Source: Ancylonema sp.
Taxonomy: Eukaryota
Assembly: GCA_050230475.1 (NCBI GenBank)
Contig: JBFLGF010000072.1
Location: 1-64,000 of the forward strand
Reading direction: 5' to 3'
Length of the DNA: 64,000 nucleotides
Positions 1-12,661 of the stretch are shown here, piece after piece. Position 1 is the stretch's first letter. Each line of letters begins with the position of its first letter. A program made the position numbers and the translations under genes. The notes under the pieces were generated by a model. That model saw only the letters and a program-made list of their open reading frames with translations, ran no database searches and was not told where the DNA came from.

Positions 1-32
<32 letters not shown>
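1..32. repeat. (TG)n microsatellite, truncated by the window start
   Basis: Pure TG dinucleotide run at the start of the window. Confidence 0.95.
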
Positions 33-35
<3 letters not shown>

Positions 36-1434
36 AAATTATTTTGTGTCTTTTGGGATATTTTTTTCGTTAAGTACGAATGCCGGAATTACCTTGAATC
101 AGTTTCCCTTGTGCGTTGTACTAGAATGACAAATTTAAATTTTGTATACCACTTTATTTCGCGAGCCCACTTTCTTAAGGGAAAAGGAAATCCCTAGAAT
201 GAACATAGATTTTATTTATATCTATATATTAACAAAAAAAAACACACACAATAGGTCCGCGAGTCTTGTCTTTCCCTCGGACCCGAGGTGATCGAGATTC
301 GAAAATCGGTTTGTGCCGGTTCGGGTTACCGTGTGTCAAAGACCATAGTTGAGGATTTAAACAAAGAAAAAAAAAGGACAGGTTCTTAACTTCGACATAT
401 TTTGTTCCTACCACCGAGATACCGGTTCTCATGTCAACACGACAAGCTATTCTCCGGGAAAATCCGTTCAACCGGGTTCTCAAGTTTATGATTGGTCACT
501 AACTCACGCATCTTCGATACCCGGCATTTGTGTGTTTCTTTATTTGTTTTGATCTCCACCCATATACAAAGTCGTAGTGCAAACGCGTACGGGGTTGCAT
601 GGGTATTTGTACAATATTTTTTACTAGAGGGTTGACATAGGAACAATAATCAATGACACATCAAAGAAGAATGCCAAAGTTAGCACCCATGACATATGGA
701 CTGAGATCGTACACTTCTACCCACATTGTATACACAGGACCCTAAGGAACACACACACGAACACTTCGAAATGCTTCTCTATCCATCACATCATATCACA
801 ACATGTGCCCGGAAGTTTAAGTAATTAGCCAAGGCGCGGAATAGCGCTTGGATGCCACACACGATGTGGTCACAAAGCACGTGCGCTAGGCAAAAATTTA
901 TTCTACCACTCATTGACAAGCATGTAACGATGAAGCGTGCCATTGCACAAGCCGAAAGTGAAAATGATCCCGGAAAGATGAGTAGAATGACGTGTCTAAA
1001 CAGTCCGATTAAAACGGAGGGGAGCCAATAGAAACTCGCAAGTTGCGGCTCCGCGTTGTTTCTCACTCCAACTTGGGCAACCACACGTGTAACGAAAGAT
1101 TGCCCCAAGTGCTATCTTGAAATAATGACCTCTCAATCTTACAGATGACTTGTCAATCCTATCACTCTTCAAGCACATGATCTGAACGTCAATGTATGTA
1201 CACCATCAAATGTTTATTGCCACTACATGAAAAGCATGCCACAACACACAACGCAGTGATACAAAAGTTGAAATTTTAGAGCCAAATGGCTTTTAAAAAG
1301 CATTCACATGATCTGGAATCGTTGTATGATCTAACGACGAAAGTGAACATTCAAAGAGAAGTGACAAATAAAGAAAGTAACGAAGTCGACAAAGGTATGT
1401 AACATGTTCAAAAAGTGTGGAACAAGAAGAAGCA

Positions 1435-2757
1435 TCATCTCGATGACGTTGTTGGCCGCCGTGTTTGCTTTGTGAACATTGAATCAAGGTCTTCCGTAAC
1501 GATATTCTTCCTGCGTCACTCGAAAACCGCAAGATCTTAGATCAGGATTGCATGCCGCAACAAAAACACAGGTTTGACTTAGCCTCTTCATGCTTTGGAC
1601 GATACCAACAAAATGACGAAGCAGAATGCTAGAATGCCTTTGCCCAAGCCCGGCTAAATGGCCATGTTACCAAACACGGACATCACGTAAGTGCACACAC
1701 TTAGTGAGAATTATTGACAAGCCTGCAGCCCTCCCAAACAAACGTTATATGACACTACGTGAACACACGCTTACGGATGTATGCATAGTCAAGGAGGGGT
1801 TTGAGGGGTCCAATGGCTAACCTGCCACGTAGCTGAGGTGGCAAAAGGACACCCCTTGCCGTATCAATAGGATGTTTAAGCACTGGCAGCAAGCCACGTG
1901 GCACTTTCCGATTGGGAACCAGGTCTACCCCCTCCCTGTCAGAGTCAGACCTCTTCCCTGACCCGCTGACGGGTACACCCCAAGGCCTCCCGCTGCTGGC
2001 AGAAGACCTTGAACCAGAAGTCGGTGCTTGGAACAGATCAGCAACGTCGGGTAACTTAAGGCGAGAGGAGGGAAGGGATGGCGTGAGCAGGAGGGACGGA
2101 TTTGGGAGAACAAGGTGTTGGGAAAGAGGGGGTTCTTCGGGGAGCCCGTGGTGTATAGGGGCAGACGTTGAAGTCAACCTGGACGAGGAGCTCGCAGTGA
2201 TCCACGTCAGCAAAGGTAGAAGAGGCGCTGTGCAAAACGGGAGAGAGTCGGAAGAGGGAGGAATCTATGAAAATATGAGGAGACGGTTCAGGGGGCAATG
2301 CCCAAGATAGGAAGTGTTGGCACTCTCTGGCCGTAGGAGCAATTTAGCATACTCTGACCTGTTTTAGAGTGGTTGATGTTGAAAATGGTGGTCTGTGGCC
2401 GGAAGAATTTATAACGTCTCTAGAAAATCAGCCCTAAACCTTTCGCCGTCCTCTTTAATTTGAGGCCATCATTGCATTCACTACTCCTCCACTTATACTC
2501 TTGCGGTTTGACAAATGACATCAACACGTATTCGGGAACAGTGAATCGCCATGTGGCCCTCCACTTTCTGTCCCCAACAGTTTGCCATAAATGCTTCTGG
2601 TGCAAACATGTAAGGGTTCAGGGTGTGGCGACTCTTACATAGGAGTTGGGTGCTGTGCATGAGTCTCCATTGGTTGAACTGACTTCGAGGTGGCACCTGG
2701 AGGCTCTTCCATATACTCATCGGTCTCTGAGTCAGAGCCGTAATCTACCAACGCCAT
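1435..2757 (-). CDS. Small conserved protein of unknown function (3 exons: ~2757-2639, 2178-1822, 1510-1435)
   Basis: ATG at 2757 gives MALVDYGSDSETDE. The middle exon has LPDVADLF and GVLLPPQLRG. A GT(1821)-AG(1511) splice joins it in frame to RKNIVTEDLDSMF...*. The LVxY-S-D start and the PPQLxGRxNxxTED end match my recollection of a small conserved green-plant family. The middle-exon acceptor is least certain. Confidence 0.7.
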
Positions 2758-3975
2758 AGGTGAATGGGGCCGGAAAATATGTCGAGGATATCTCGTGTGA
2801 TAGACCGTGATCTTCAGAATGACGTGGGCTTGTAGGTTGCGCGTATCATCGCTGGATCAGCTGCGGATTGGGCGGGCTAAAGGTATAGCCTAGAATACGA
2901 TTGTCGGATGGTCTCTGCTCAGAGACCTGGCTGACTCCATGGCAGCGCGGGAAACTGGCCAGAGAGGCAGATGTGGCAGAAGTGGCAGAAGTGGCCGAAG
3001 CACTGGCAGAAGCGGTGCTCTCTGGCCTCTTCTCCGGGATGCGATGATGAACTACGGCGATTGCGGGCCTACCTGCCGGGCGATCACGGGGAAAATGTTC
3101 GCTCATCATCTGACGGCTATGCACGACCGTCAACATGCACTTCTCAACTTCTAGCCGTCCATACGTACGAGATGCCGTTGCCGTTCCGTTTTAAATCCCG
3201 TTGAATCCCCGGATACCGTCTGCTGCCCGCGAAATTCGCAACCGAATTTTTGGTCGCAGCCCAAAAATTGGCTGCTCAAACACAACTGTTCCCGCCAAAA
3301 TTCCTCACCGGAGAGGGGTAATATTTGGAGTTGACTCGGGGCTTTTTTTACCGTCACTGCACGCTGTTGTCAAGCGCTGCCTCCTCCCCCAACAGGCTGT
3401 CGGTGGGGTCGACGCACGTTCGAAAGGGACTTCAAAGAATATAGTTTTAGTAGGGTGACTCCCTCTAGTCTGCTAAGGGATCTTGAGGGCGACCATGCTT
3501 AAAACTGAGAGCCAACCCCTCTATTCCCTCTTTGTGGAGTCGCAGCAGACAGATAATGATAATTAGCTCTCTGATTTCTTGTGCATAGACTTTCGTATCA
3601 CCTTTTTACCGTTGGGGACCACGATATTTAAACCCCTGCGCACCGACCAGCTGCTGCACTATACAAATAGCACCCCGTCTATTCCCCACTGAAACTCACA
3701 ACTTTCTTCTGCGCCATAGCATTCACCTCCTCCTCCTCCCCGCAGATGAAGCAAGTTGGTGATACCAGCTTGAGTATCCAGCCCCTCCACCTGAATATCC
3801 GAATCACTTCCTGTAGATCTCATTTCGCGGAGATAATCGAAGGCGCCGCGCCGCGGAATCGAGATGCACTCGTAGTGTACTTGTGTTCTGAGATCTGCAT
3901 CCTTATCTAGATTGCTTCCAAAGCACAGTTATACCCAATTTGACGAGCGGGATCAGAGCGGGGCCATTTGGATTT

Positions 3976-6900
3976 ATGGCCAATAATGTTCAGTGTGCTG
4001 GCTGTCACCGCGCCCTCCACGTGCCAGCTGGACTCACCGAGTTCATCTGTCCGCAGTGCCGCACGCGCCAAGTTCTCCCTCCACAGCTTCATACTCCACA
4101 CCCTCCTCCTGACACAACCGTCCGAGGAGTGGATCAAACAAAAATTCAACTCCCCTGCGCCAACTGTAACTCCATCCTCAACGTTCCCTTTGGACTCCAC
4201 CGATTTCAGTGCCCTCAATGTAAAACAGACCTGCTGGTGGATCCCGCGTTACTGGGAAATTACATGGAAGCTGTCCGGAAATTATCCGCCAGCATCGGCG
4301 TTGGCGCACCCGGCAGCTCTGCAGCAACCAACGATATTTTCAAGCGCAAGTTTGCAGAGCTGCGTGGACAGCTGGGCGCTGCGAATGTTATAAAAAAAGT
4401 CACACTGCCGCCAGAGGAAGTGAATGAGGTGAGGCTCGATCCCAACATGCGCAGGGTTTGTTTGAAGGAAGAATCGGCAAGGCGAACTAGAGACGATCCA
4501 GGCTCCCTCCTTCTGTTATGGGGTCTGATACACCGAATCTGGTCCAATTTTGAAGACTAATTGTCCAGTCCACCGCCTTTCATAACTTTTGCTTATCGGA
4601 AATATATGGGATCGGGTGCCACGTCATTCCACGTCATGGGGCGTCAGTGGCACTTTTGTGACGACATCATCTCCAGAATACCATGCAGCATGCTTGAGGG
4701 GAAAGGGGAAATCACCAAATGTATTCAGGAAACAGGAGTATTGACCTTTGGAGGGAGGAGGTTTTAACTACATTGTCATACTCATGTTCCTAGTTTCTTG
4801 GAGCCTTTCTGGCCTCTTGTTCTTTCCTCCTGGAGGACAGTACATTTCTGAACTGCCCCTTTTTGTTGTCTCCTGAAGCACTGCCATTTCAGATGCTGAC
4901 AAGTACCCCATCTGCTGTAACGAAATCAAATTTTACTGGAAGGTCAATCCCTCCGCTTTTCCTACGAAGGGGGATTGGCAGTAATGCAGAAATCAAATCC
5001 TATCTAGTGGTGTGATTTCCGAGAGATACTGTCCACCTCCTCGCCTTCTCACAACCACTATCCTCCTCCACATGAGTCACACGTGAGTCGGAAGCAGGTG
5101 CAGTGCCACGTGTCAAAGTGGTCTCGGGACTGACGGGGATATCACAGGACAGACAGTTTGAATCCAGGCCATTGAGGCATTGGAGTGAGTCGAGGGATGG
5201 ATGGATGATGACGTGGCTGGATGGGTGTACAGGTGGCGATGGAAGTGGAAGCGGAGGAGGAGGAGCAGGGACCCTCTGGCAGCACCTTCACAGATTATGT
5301 GAGCTGATGTGATCCCTGTGACATAAATAAATAAGTGATGTTCCACACCCTCAGTCACCTCTGCATCAGCATTCAGTTCAAACCCGTGGTCTCCATCCAA
5401 ATCCCGTAAGCCAATCCCAGCCCTCCGTGTGTTTCCCTTCCCCCAGCGTCCCTCCAAGATGTCTCTCGGCCCTCCCCATCCCGATCCTGTGGTGGAGACT
5501 GCCTCGCTGTCGGCTGTGGAGCCCCCTGAGCCCAAGTATGAGCTCAGCTTCACGGAGGAGTTCATAAATTCGGGGGTGCTGTCCTGCCTGCAGCTGGAGA
5601 CCGTGCTGTACGCCAGCCAGGTAGGGAGGACGGCATCGTGCAGTGACGCTCTCTGGGAATGCTTTATCCCTCATGGCGATTATGGTTGGGAAGGTTTATT
5701 ACTCGTATTCATTTCGGGTGCAGGCTGCTCATCTTTTTCAGATATGAGGTTCTTTCCTTCTCACCTCTGGCCTCTATGTAAATATGGATATATATGTATA
5801 TGTATGTGTATGTATATACATTTAATATTTATATTTAACTGCTGAACTCAGAAATGCTTTTGTAATTCTCCTGTGTGCACCCGGAGTCCGTTTTCTTTCC
5901 TCTCCTACGCCAACCGTACTCTCCCCCAACCACTCTCCCTCTCTTCATCTCACTCCCTCTCTTCTTCGTCTTTTCCCAACCCCATTCCCCCTTCCCCCCT
6001 CGTCCCTCTCCCCCCTCCTCTCCTTCCCCCCACCATCAGCGTCACCATCAGCCCCTCCCTGACAGCCAGCGCTGTGGGTTTTTCCTGGGGGATGGGGCGG
6101 GGGTTGGGAAGGGGCGGACGGTGGCTGGGCTCATCTCAGAGAACTGGAATCGAGGAAGGCGGAAAGCGGTGTAAGCGCTCCCACATTACACACACTACAC
6201 ACTACAGACGAATACTTACCGCAACTACCATTTGGTGTGATTCGAAATGATCAAAGTGCTTCTGGGGGAAACGTAATGTATGGCAACATCATGGCAACAT
6301 CATGGCAACATCATGGCATGGTCCTGGTGGGAGGGGGCGTATGTGTGATGCGTGATGACGTCATCGTGGTGGTGGCGGTGCAGTTGGGTGTCCATTGGAG
6401 CCGATCTGAAGTTCGATGCGCGGAGGGACCTGGATGATGTCGGACTCAAGGAAGCGGAAGGTGAAGGAAATAGATAGTGTTGGACAGCATGTTGTTCTGG
6501 GAAGAGAGGGGAGGGGGGAAGAGAATAAGGTGTGGGGGAGGCAATAGAGCGAGGGGATGGTAAAGGGAAGGTCACTCATGTGACAACTGTTTTCCTCCCT
6601 TTTTTGGTCCCTTCTCCTTCTCCTTCTTCTTCTTCTCCCTCTCCATCTTCTTCTTATTATTACGTCCCTCCTCCCACTCCTCCTCTTCCTCCTCTTTCTC
6701 CTTCTTCTCCTTCTTCTCCTTTTCTTCTTCTCCTTGTGTCGACTTTCAGGGCAGGAAATCCTCTCCTACTGCCCTCCCACCTCCTCCCTACTTCCCTGAA
6801 TCCCCCCCCTCCTCCACCCCCCCCCAGTCCACGCCCTGAATAAGCTCCCCTACGGCAAGCTCGACAGCAAGGCGCTGGGCATCCGCCATGGCGTCCTCTT

Positions 6901-9900
6901 CCTCACCTACAGCAGCCTCATTGCCGCGTCCGAGAAGGGGCGGTCTCGTCTTCAGCAGATTGTGCAGTGGTGCGGGACGGACTTCGATGGGCTGCTGGTG
7001 TTCGATGAGTGTCACAAGGCAAAGAATTTGGTTCCCGAGACGGGGGGGCAGGCCACGCGGACGGGGGAGGCTGTCCTAGAACTGCAGGTGGGGAGGGGGG
7101 GCACACACAAGGAGAAGAGAAGAAAAGAAAGGGGGGGGGGGGGGGAACAAAACAAGCAAGAAGCGAAAACACGGAAATGAAACAAAACTACATCAACAGA
7201 TGGATACTGAAGTACGCCAACGAACACAAGCAGACGAGCAGCAAGAGGAAGAAAAGCCAAAAAGTAGGCAGGAGGAGGAAAGGAACCAAAATACGCATTC
7301 GTATGTACATATGTACGTGTAGACGTTTGTATGTACTCATTCGTATGTACGCATTCGTATGTACATTCGTATGTACATTCGTATGTATATTCGTATGTAC
7401 ATTCGTATGTACATTCGTATGTACATTCGTATGTATATTCGTATGTACGCATTCGTATGTACATTCGTATGTACATGCGTATGCGTATACGTTTGTATAC
7501 GCATGTGTATCCGTGTTCGTCATCAAACGAACGTTAAAAATCGAGGGTCGCAACCCCTGTCCCCCTCCCCCCCCCTCCCCCCCCAGTCCAAACACCCCCA
7601 GTCTCGAGTGGTGTACTGCTCCGCCACAGGCGCATCTGAGCCGCGCAATTTGGGATACATGACCAGGCTGGGGCTGTGGGGGAAGGGAACCGACTTCGGA
7701 AACTTCCAGGAATTCCTTGGTACCCCCCCCCACCCTTTTGGGTAGACCGACCCTGGGTGTACTTGGGACTGAGGGGGGCGCGGTTGGGGGTTGGGGGGTG
7801 GTGTGGGCAGCTGCTGTGGAGAAGAGAGGGGTGGGGGCTCTGGAGTTGATTGCAATGGATATGAAGGCGAGGTGAGGGAAGGGCTGGGGGGGGGGGGGGT
7901 GGGGTGGGGTGGTTGGGGGGACTGAGGTTGGGGGGGGGGGGTGGGGGTTGACAGGGGGATGTATGTGAGTCGCACGCTGAGTTTTTCTGGGGCGGAATTC
8001 GAAGTGGTGCAAGTGCCGTTGGGAGAGAGGATGACGGTAAAGGGGGGGGGAGGGGGGGGAAGGGGGGGGGAGAGGGGGAGGGGGGGAGGGGGGGAGGGGG
8101 GTTTCCTTGGGAAGATGTGGGATAAGCTGGAAGGTGGGGGGTGAGAGTTGGGGGTTGGTGGTTCAGGGTATGTACATAAGTGCGGCGCATTTTTGGGCGG
8201 AGCTGAGGGTGGAACTGCTGGCGGCACAGGGGGCCATGGCTGGGACAGGAGAAAACAACAAAAAGGGGGCGCAGAACAGCATCTGGAGGTACTTCTGGGC
8301 GACACACCAGGTGAGAACAACAGAGTGCGGGGGTGAGCCCAAGCTACACGGGGGGGGGGTCCGGATTTGGTGACGTGGCGGTCCGGCATGGGAGGGGGCG
8401 GTTGCAGCGGTTTTTCCGCCACATGTGCATGGCTGCCAAGGTGCCGCCAGCTGTGAAGCTGGCAGAGAAGGCGCTGTCAGAAGGGAAGTGTGTCGTCATC
8501 GGGCTGCAGAGCACGGGGGAATCGAGGACGGAGGAGGCAGTCAGTAAATATGTGAGGAGGGGGAGAGGAAGGGGGGGGGGGGCCCCCCCGTTTTTCTCCC
8601 CCCCCCCCCCCCCAAGGGTGTTGACCTGGACGATTTCGTATCCGGCCCCCGTGAGCTCCTCCTAAAATTGGTCGAGGATCATTACCCCGTGCCACCCGCC
8701 CCCCCCCCCCCGAAGACGCCGGCGCCCACCATTGGGCGAAAACGCCCCCCCGAGACCAAGGTTGGGGGGGGGGGGGGGGGACCCACCCCCGCTGTTTCTC
8801 AGCGGGGGCGGGTGCGCAAAGCGGTTAAGTACTGCGGATTCGACGGGGAGGAGGAAGATGAGGAGTACAAGGGTGAGAAGGCATGGGGAGGGTTTAGGGT
8901 TTAAGGTCTGGAGGTTCGAGTCGATGGGTTTCATGTTTAAGGTCCGGAGATAAGGGATGGGGATTTGGGGTTCCAAGATTATGAAGGGGCAAGGGTATAA
9001 GTTTTGGGGTCCAGGTTTCAGGAGGGTCTGATTTTTAAAGGGGTGGGGGGTGGAGGGTGGGATGGCAGAGGAGGGTAGTGAGAGTGAGAGTGACGAGTTT
9101 TCGGAGGGTGTGGAGGAGAAGAGCTGTCATAAATGCGACATGGAAGAGGAGGAGGGGGAGCTTGCCGTGTGCGCCACGTGTCGGCGCGCCGTGCACCTGC
9201 GTTGCCACGTGCCCCCTCTGGAGAGGTCGCCAGGTGTCGGCTGGCTGTGCTCCGAGTGCGGAGAGGTGGGGGAGGAGCGTGAGGCCTACTTTGCGCAGGT
9301 CAGCGGGCGGGTGGCGGCTGCGGAGAAGAGGAAGGAGGAGATTCTGGGGGCCATCAGGAAGCTGGAGCTGCCCAACAACCCCCTGGACGACCTCATTGAC
9401 CAGGTAAGGGGGGAAGGGGGAAGACAAGGGAGGACGGATACTGTCCAAATGGTGCAGGGGGAACAGGTAACGGACAACAGATTGCATTCGACTTATGACA
9501 CATATGCTATGGTTATATGTCATGAAACAGATAGTCCACACTACATGTCACCCACCATGAAAATGTACCCTGTACCCTGTACCCTGTACCCTATAATGTA
9601 TGTCATCTGCCATAGAAACACAACCCATCCATCAGCGAAGCTGCTATCTGTACAACAGAAATCATGTAACATGTAACGAATATGATACGTTATATGTGAT
9701 GGAACAGATATGGTAGTGCATGATATACAAATACTTTATATTCTACAGTGTAAATGTCATCTACCATAGAAACATGTTCTATTCACCTTATACATATACC
9801 TCATCTCATGCACTATATGTCATCAACCTTAGAAACATAACCCATACATTCCGTAGTATGTACCATAGACTGTGTATGTTATATAACAGATCTTCTACAC

Positions 9901-12626
9901 CAAACACCATGAACTGGGAAGTACATAACATCCTATTCCTACACCAAATCCTTACCACCCTATCGATCAACCACCCTCTACCTCAGACTGCCTACTTCCC
10001 TTTCCCCCCCCCCGGGTTGGTCGGCTGGGGTTGCGCAGTTGGGTGGTCCCGACGCGGTCGCCGAGATGACGGGTCGCAAGGGTCTGCTGGTCCGCTCCTC
10101 CACCGGGAAGGGGGTCCAGTACGTGTCCAGAAACAGCAAGGAAGTTTCGCAGGAGATGGTGAACATGCACGAGAAGCAGCAGTTCATGGACGGGGTGAAA
10201 CACGTGGCCGTTATATCCGAAGCGGCCTCGGCGGGGATCTCGTTACAAGCGGACAGGAGGGCAAAGAACAGGCGCAGGAGGGTGCACCTGACCCTGGAGC
10301 TGCCCTGGAGCGCGGATAAAGCGATCCAGCAGTTTGGGCGCACCCACAGGTCGAATCAGGAGTCGGCTCCCCAGTATCGCTTACTGTTTACGAGTCTGGG
10401 GGGGGAGAACCGGTTCGCTTCTGTGGTTGCCAAGCGGTTAGAGTCGCTGGGGGCTCTGACGCAGGGGGATAGGAGGGCGGGTCCTAGTTTGAGTGCCTAT
10501 AATTATGACAGCGTGTGGGGGAAGAAGGCGCTGGCGATTGCGTATAAGGCGATTATGGGGCAGGTGGGGGGGGGGGGGGGGGGGGGGGGGGAGTGGTGCA
10601 TGTTTGACGAATTGTGTTATTTTTTTTTCGCCACATTTGTTGTTTGGGGGACTGAGTGGAAGGACGTTTGAAATACGAAGTCTGGTGGGACAAAAGAATT
10701 TGATGTTGGGAGGAAAAAAACGATTTTTTTTTTTAGGAAAAAAACGACTGGTATATTTTCTAATATTTTTTTTTGTATATTTTCTATATTTATATATTTC
10801 TTCGTAAACCACATTTTCATGCTACTCTACATTGTCCTCTCGAGCGTTATTTTGAAGCCCCCCCCAAATCAAAAAAATCCAAAAAAAAAAAAAAAGCACT
10901 TAGTCGATTTTTTATTTTTATGATTCCCGTCCCGCCACGTGTACTTCTTCCCCCCTTCCCTCTCCTCTCCTCTCCCCAGTCCACTCCTCTTCGCCCCCCC
11001 CCCGGTAACGACACCTCCTTCTACCGCTCCTGTCGAGCCGCCCTCATCTCCGTGGGGGTGATCAAGGACGCAAACCCGCAGCAAGAGGGTGAGTGAGAAC
11101 GGAAGGGGGAAGAGGGAGGACGTCATCGTGCTGACGTCATCATTTTTTTGGTGGGGGGGTGGTATCAGGTATCTTCTGCTCGCGTCCTTCAGGTAAGATT
11201 GCGGAGGCGGACCAGCACGACGTGGGGAGGTTTCTGAACCGAGCGCTGCTGGGGCTGGCGCCAGACCAACAGAACAGGTGGGGGACACGGGGCAGGGAGG
11301 AGGGGGAGGAGGAGGAGGTGGGAAGGAGATGTGAAATGGGTTTTTTTGGGGGTTTCGGGTGTGCAGCCTTTTCGACTTTTTTGTGTCTCAGTTTGAGGAG
11401 CTTGTGAAGGAAGCGCGGAAGGATGGGCAGTTTGACTCGGGGATCATGGCTGTGAAGGCAGGGAAAATATCTCTGCTGCAAGATGCGAAGGTGGGGAAGA
11501 ACTGTTTGCACTTTATTGGGAATGGTATCATTCACGTTGTGATTACTATTTATATCATTATAATTGTCATTATCATTCTTTTCTTTTTTGGGTATTTAAT
11601 GATGATAACATCAAGTAAAGTCCTTAATACCATCATCGCTTCCATTCTTAGGATGAAATGGAAGAAAGAAAAACAAACCTGATTCGGATCGTAATTTTAT
11701 TGCCCGTGCCACCTTGATGATTATTATGAGTTGTATCAAACATTATTGCCGCTGTCAACCCTTCACTCATTTGAACCGTGGCTGGACCCCCCCCCCCTGC
11801 CACGTGTCTCCTTCCAGGTGGTCCATTCCGACCCCCAATCCGGCGCCTCTACCACTCACAGCGTAGTGCAAATCGACAGGGGGATGGCGTGGGAGGTTGG
11901 GAGGGAAACCATAAACCCTAAACCATAACCCATAACCCATAACCCATAACCCATAACCCTGAACTATATACTCTGAACCTTAATCCCCTCAATTTCCTGA
12001 AATTCACCACCTGTATGATAGGGTGAAACTCTACGGCCAAGAGAACTCCAAAAGGATTCATCAGGTAGAACTCTCGTACATATCTCTGAAACTCTGGAAA
12101 CGTGGATAGTTGAAATCTCCACAAAATCCAAAAATATTGGAAACCCCATTTCATCCCAAATGCAATTGAATGCTAAAGGAGAACCAGAATCTTGTCTCCC
12201 CTCCTCAGGACGCGGTTTCTATGTTGCACCCCACACCTCCCAAGGGGGAGGGAGAGGAGGAGGAGGGGGTGAAGAGGGAGGGTGGGGTTGGGGACGTGTT
12301 GGATGGTTCGAACGGGTTCTATCGATCCAAACGAGAGTGGATGGGAAGGACACACTACCTCATGGCCGTACAGAGGTGAGGAAGAGGGAATTGATATCGG
12401 TACTTTGAAAAACAAAGTTTTGTTAAGTCGGTCACTGTCAATGTGTGTATTTACATGGGTTTGTATATGTGTATTTTTTTGTGTCTATATATATGTGTAT
12501 GTGTTCATATTATGTATATGGATATGTGCATGTATATGTTTATTTGTGTATGTATATGTACATGTAGATGCTTATGTATATGTATTTGTGTATATGTGTA
12601 TATGAATATAAAATTATTTATATGTC

Positions 12627-12661
<35 letters not shown>

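Noticed and set aside
996..1178. YTCGCPSW...TCEF as a SWIM zinc finger or transposase remnant
   Set aside because: Lacks the terminal His, and no further supporting motifs are visible.
7009..8422. Pro/Gly-rich and MYIR/HTNV-repeat ORFs
   Set aside because: Translations of intronic G/C tracts and the 12-bp minisatellite.
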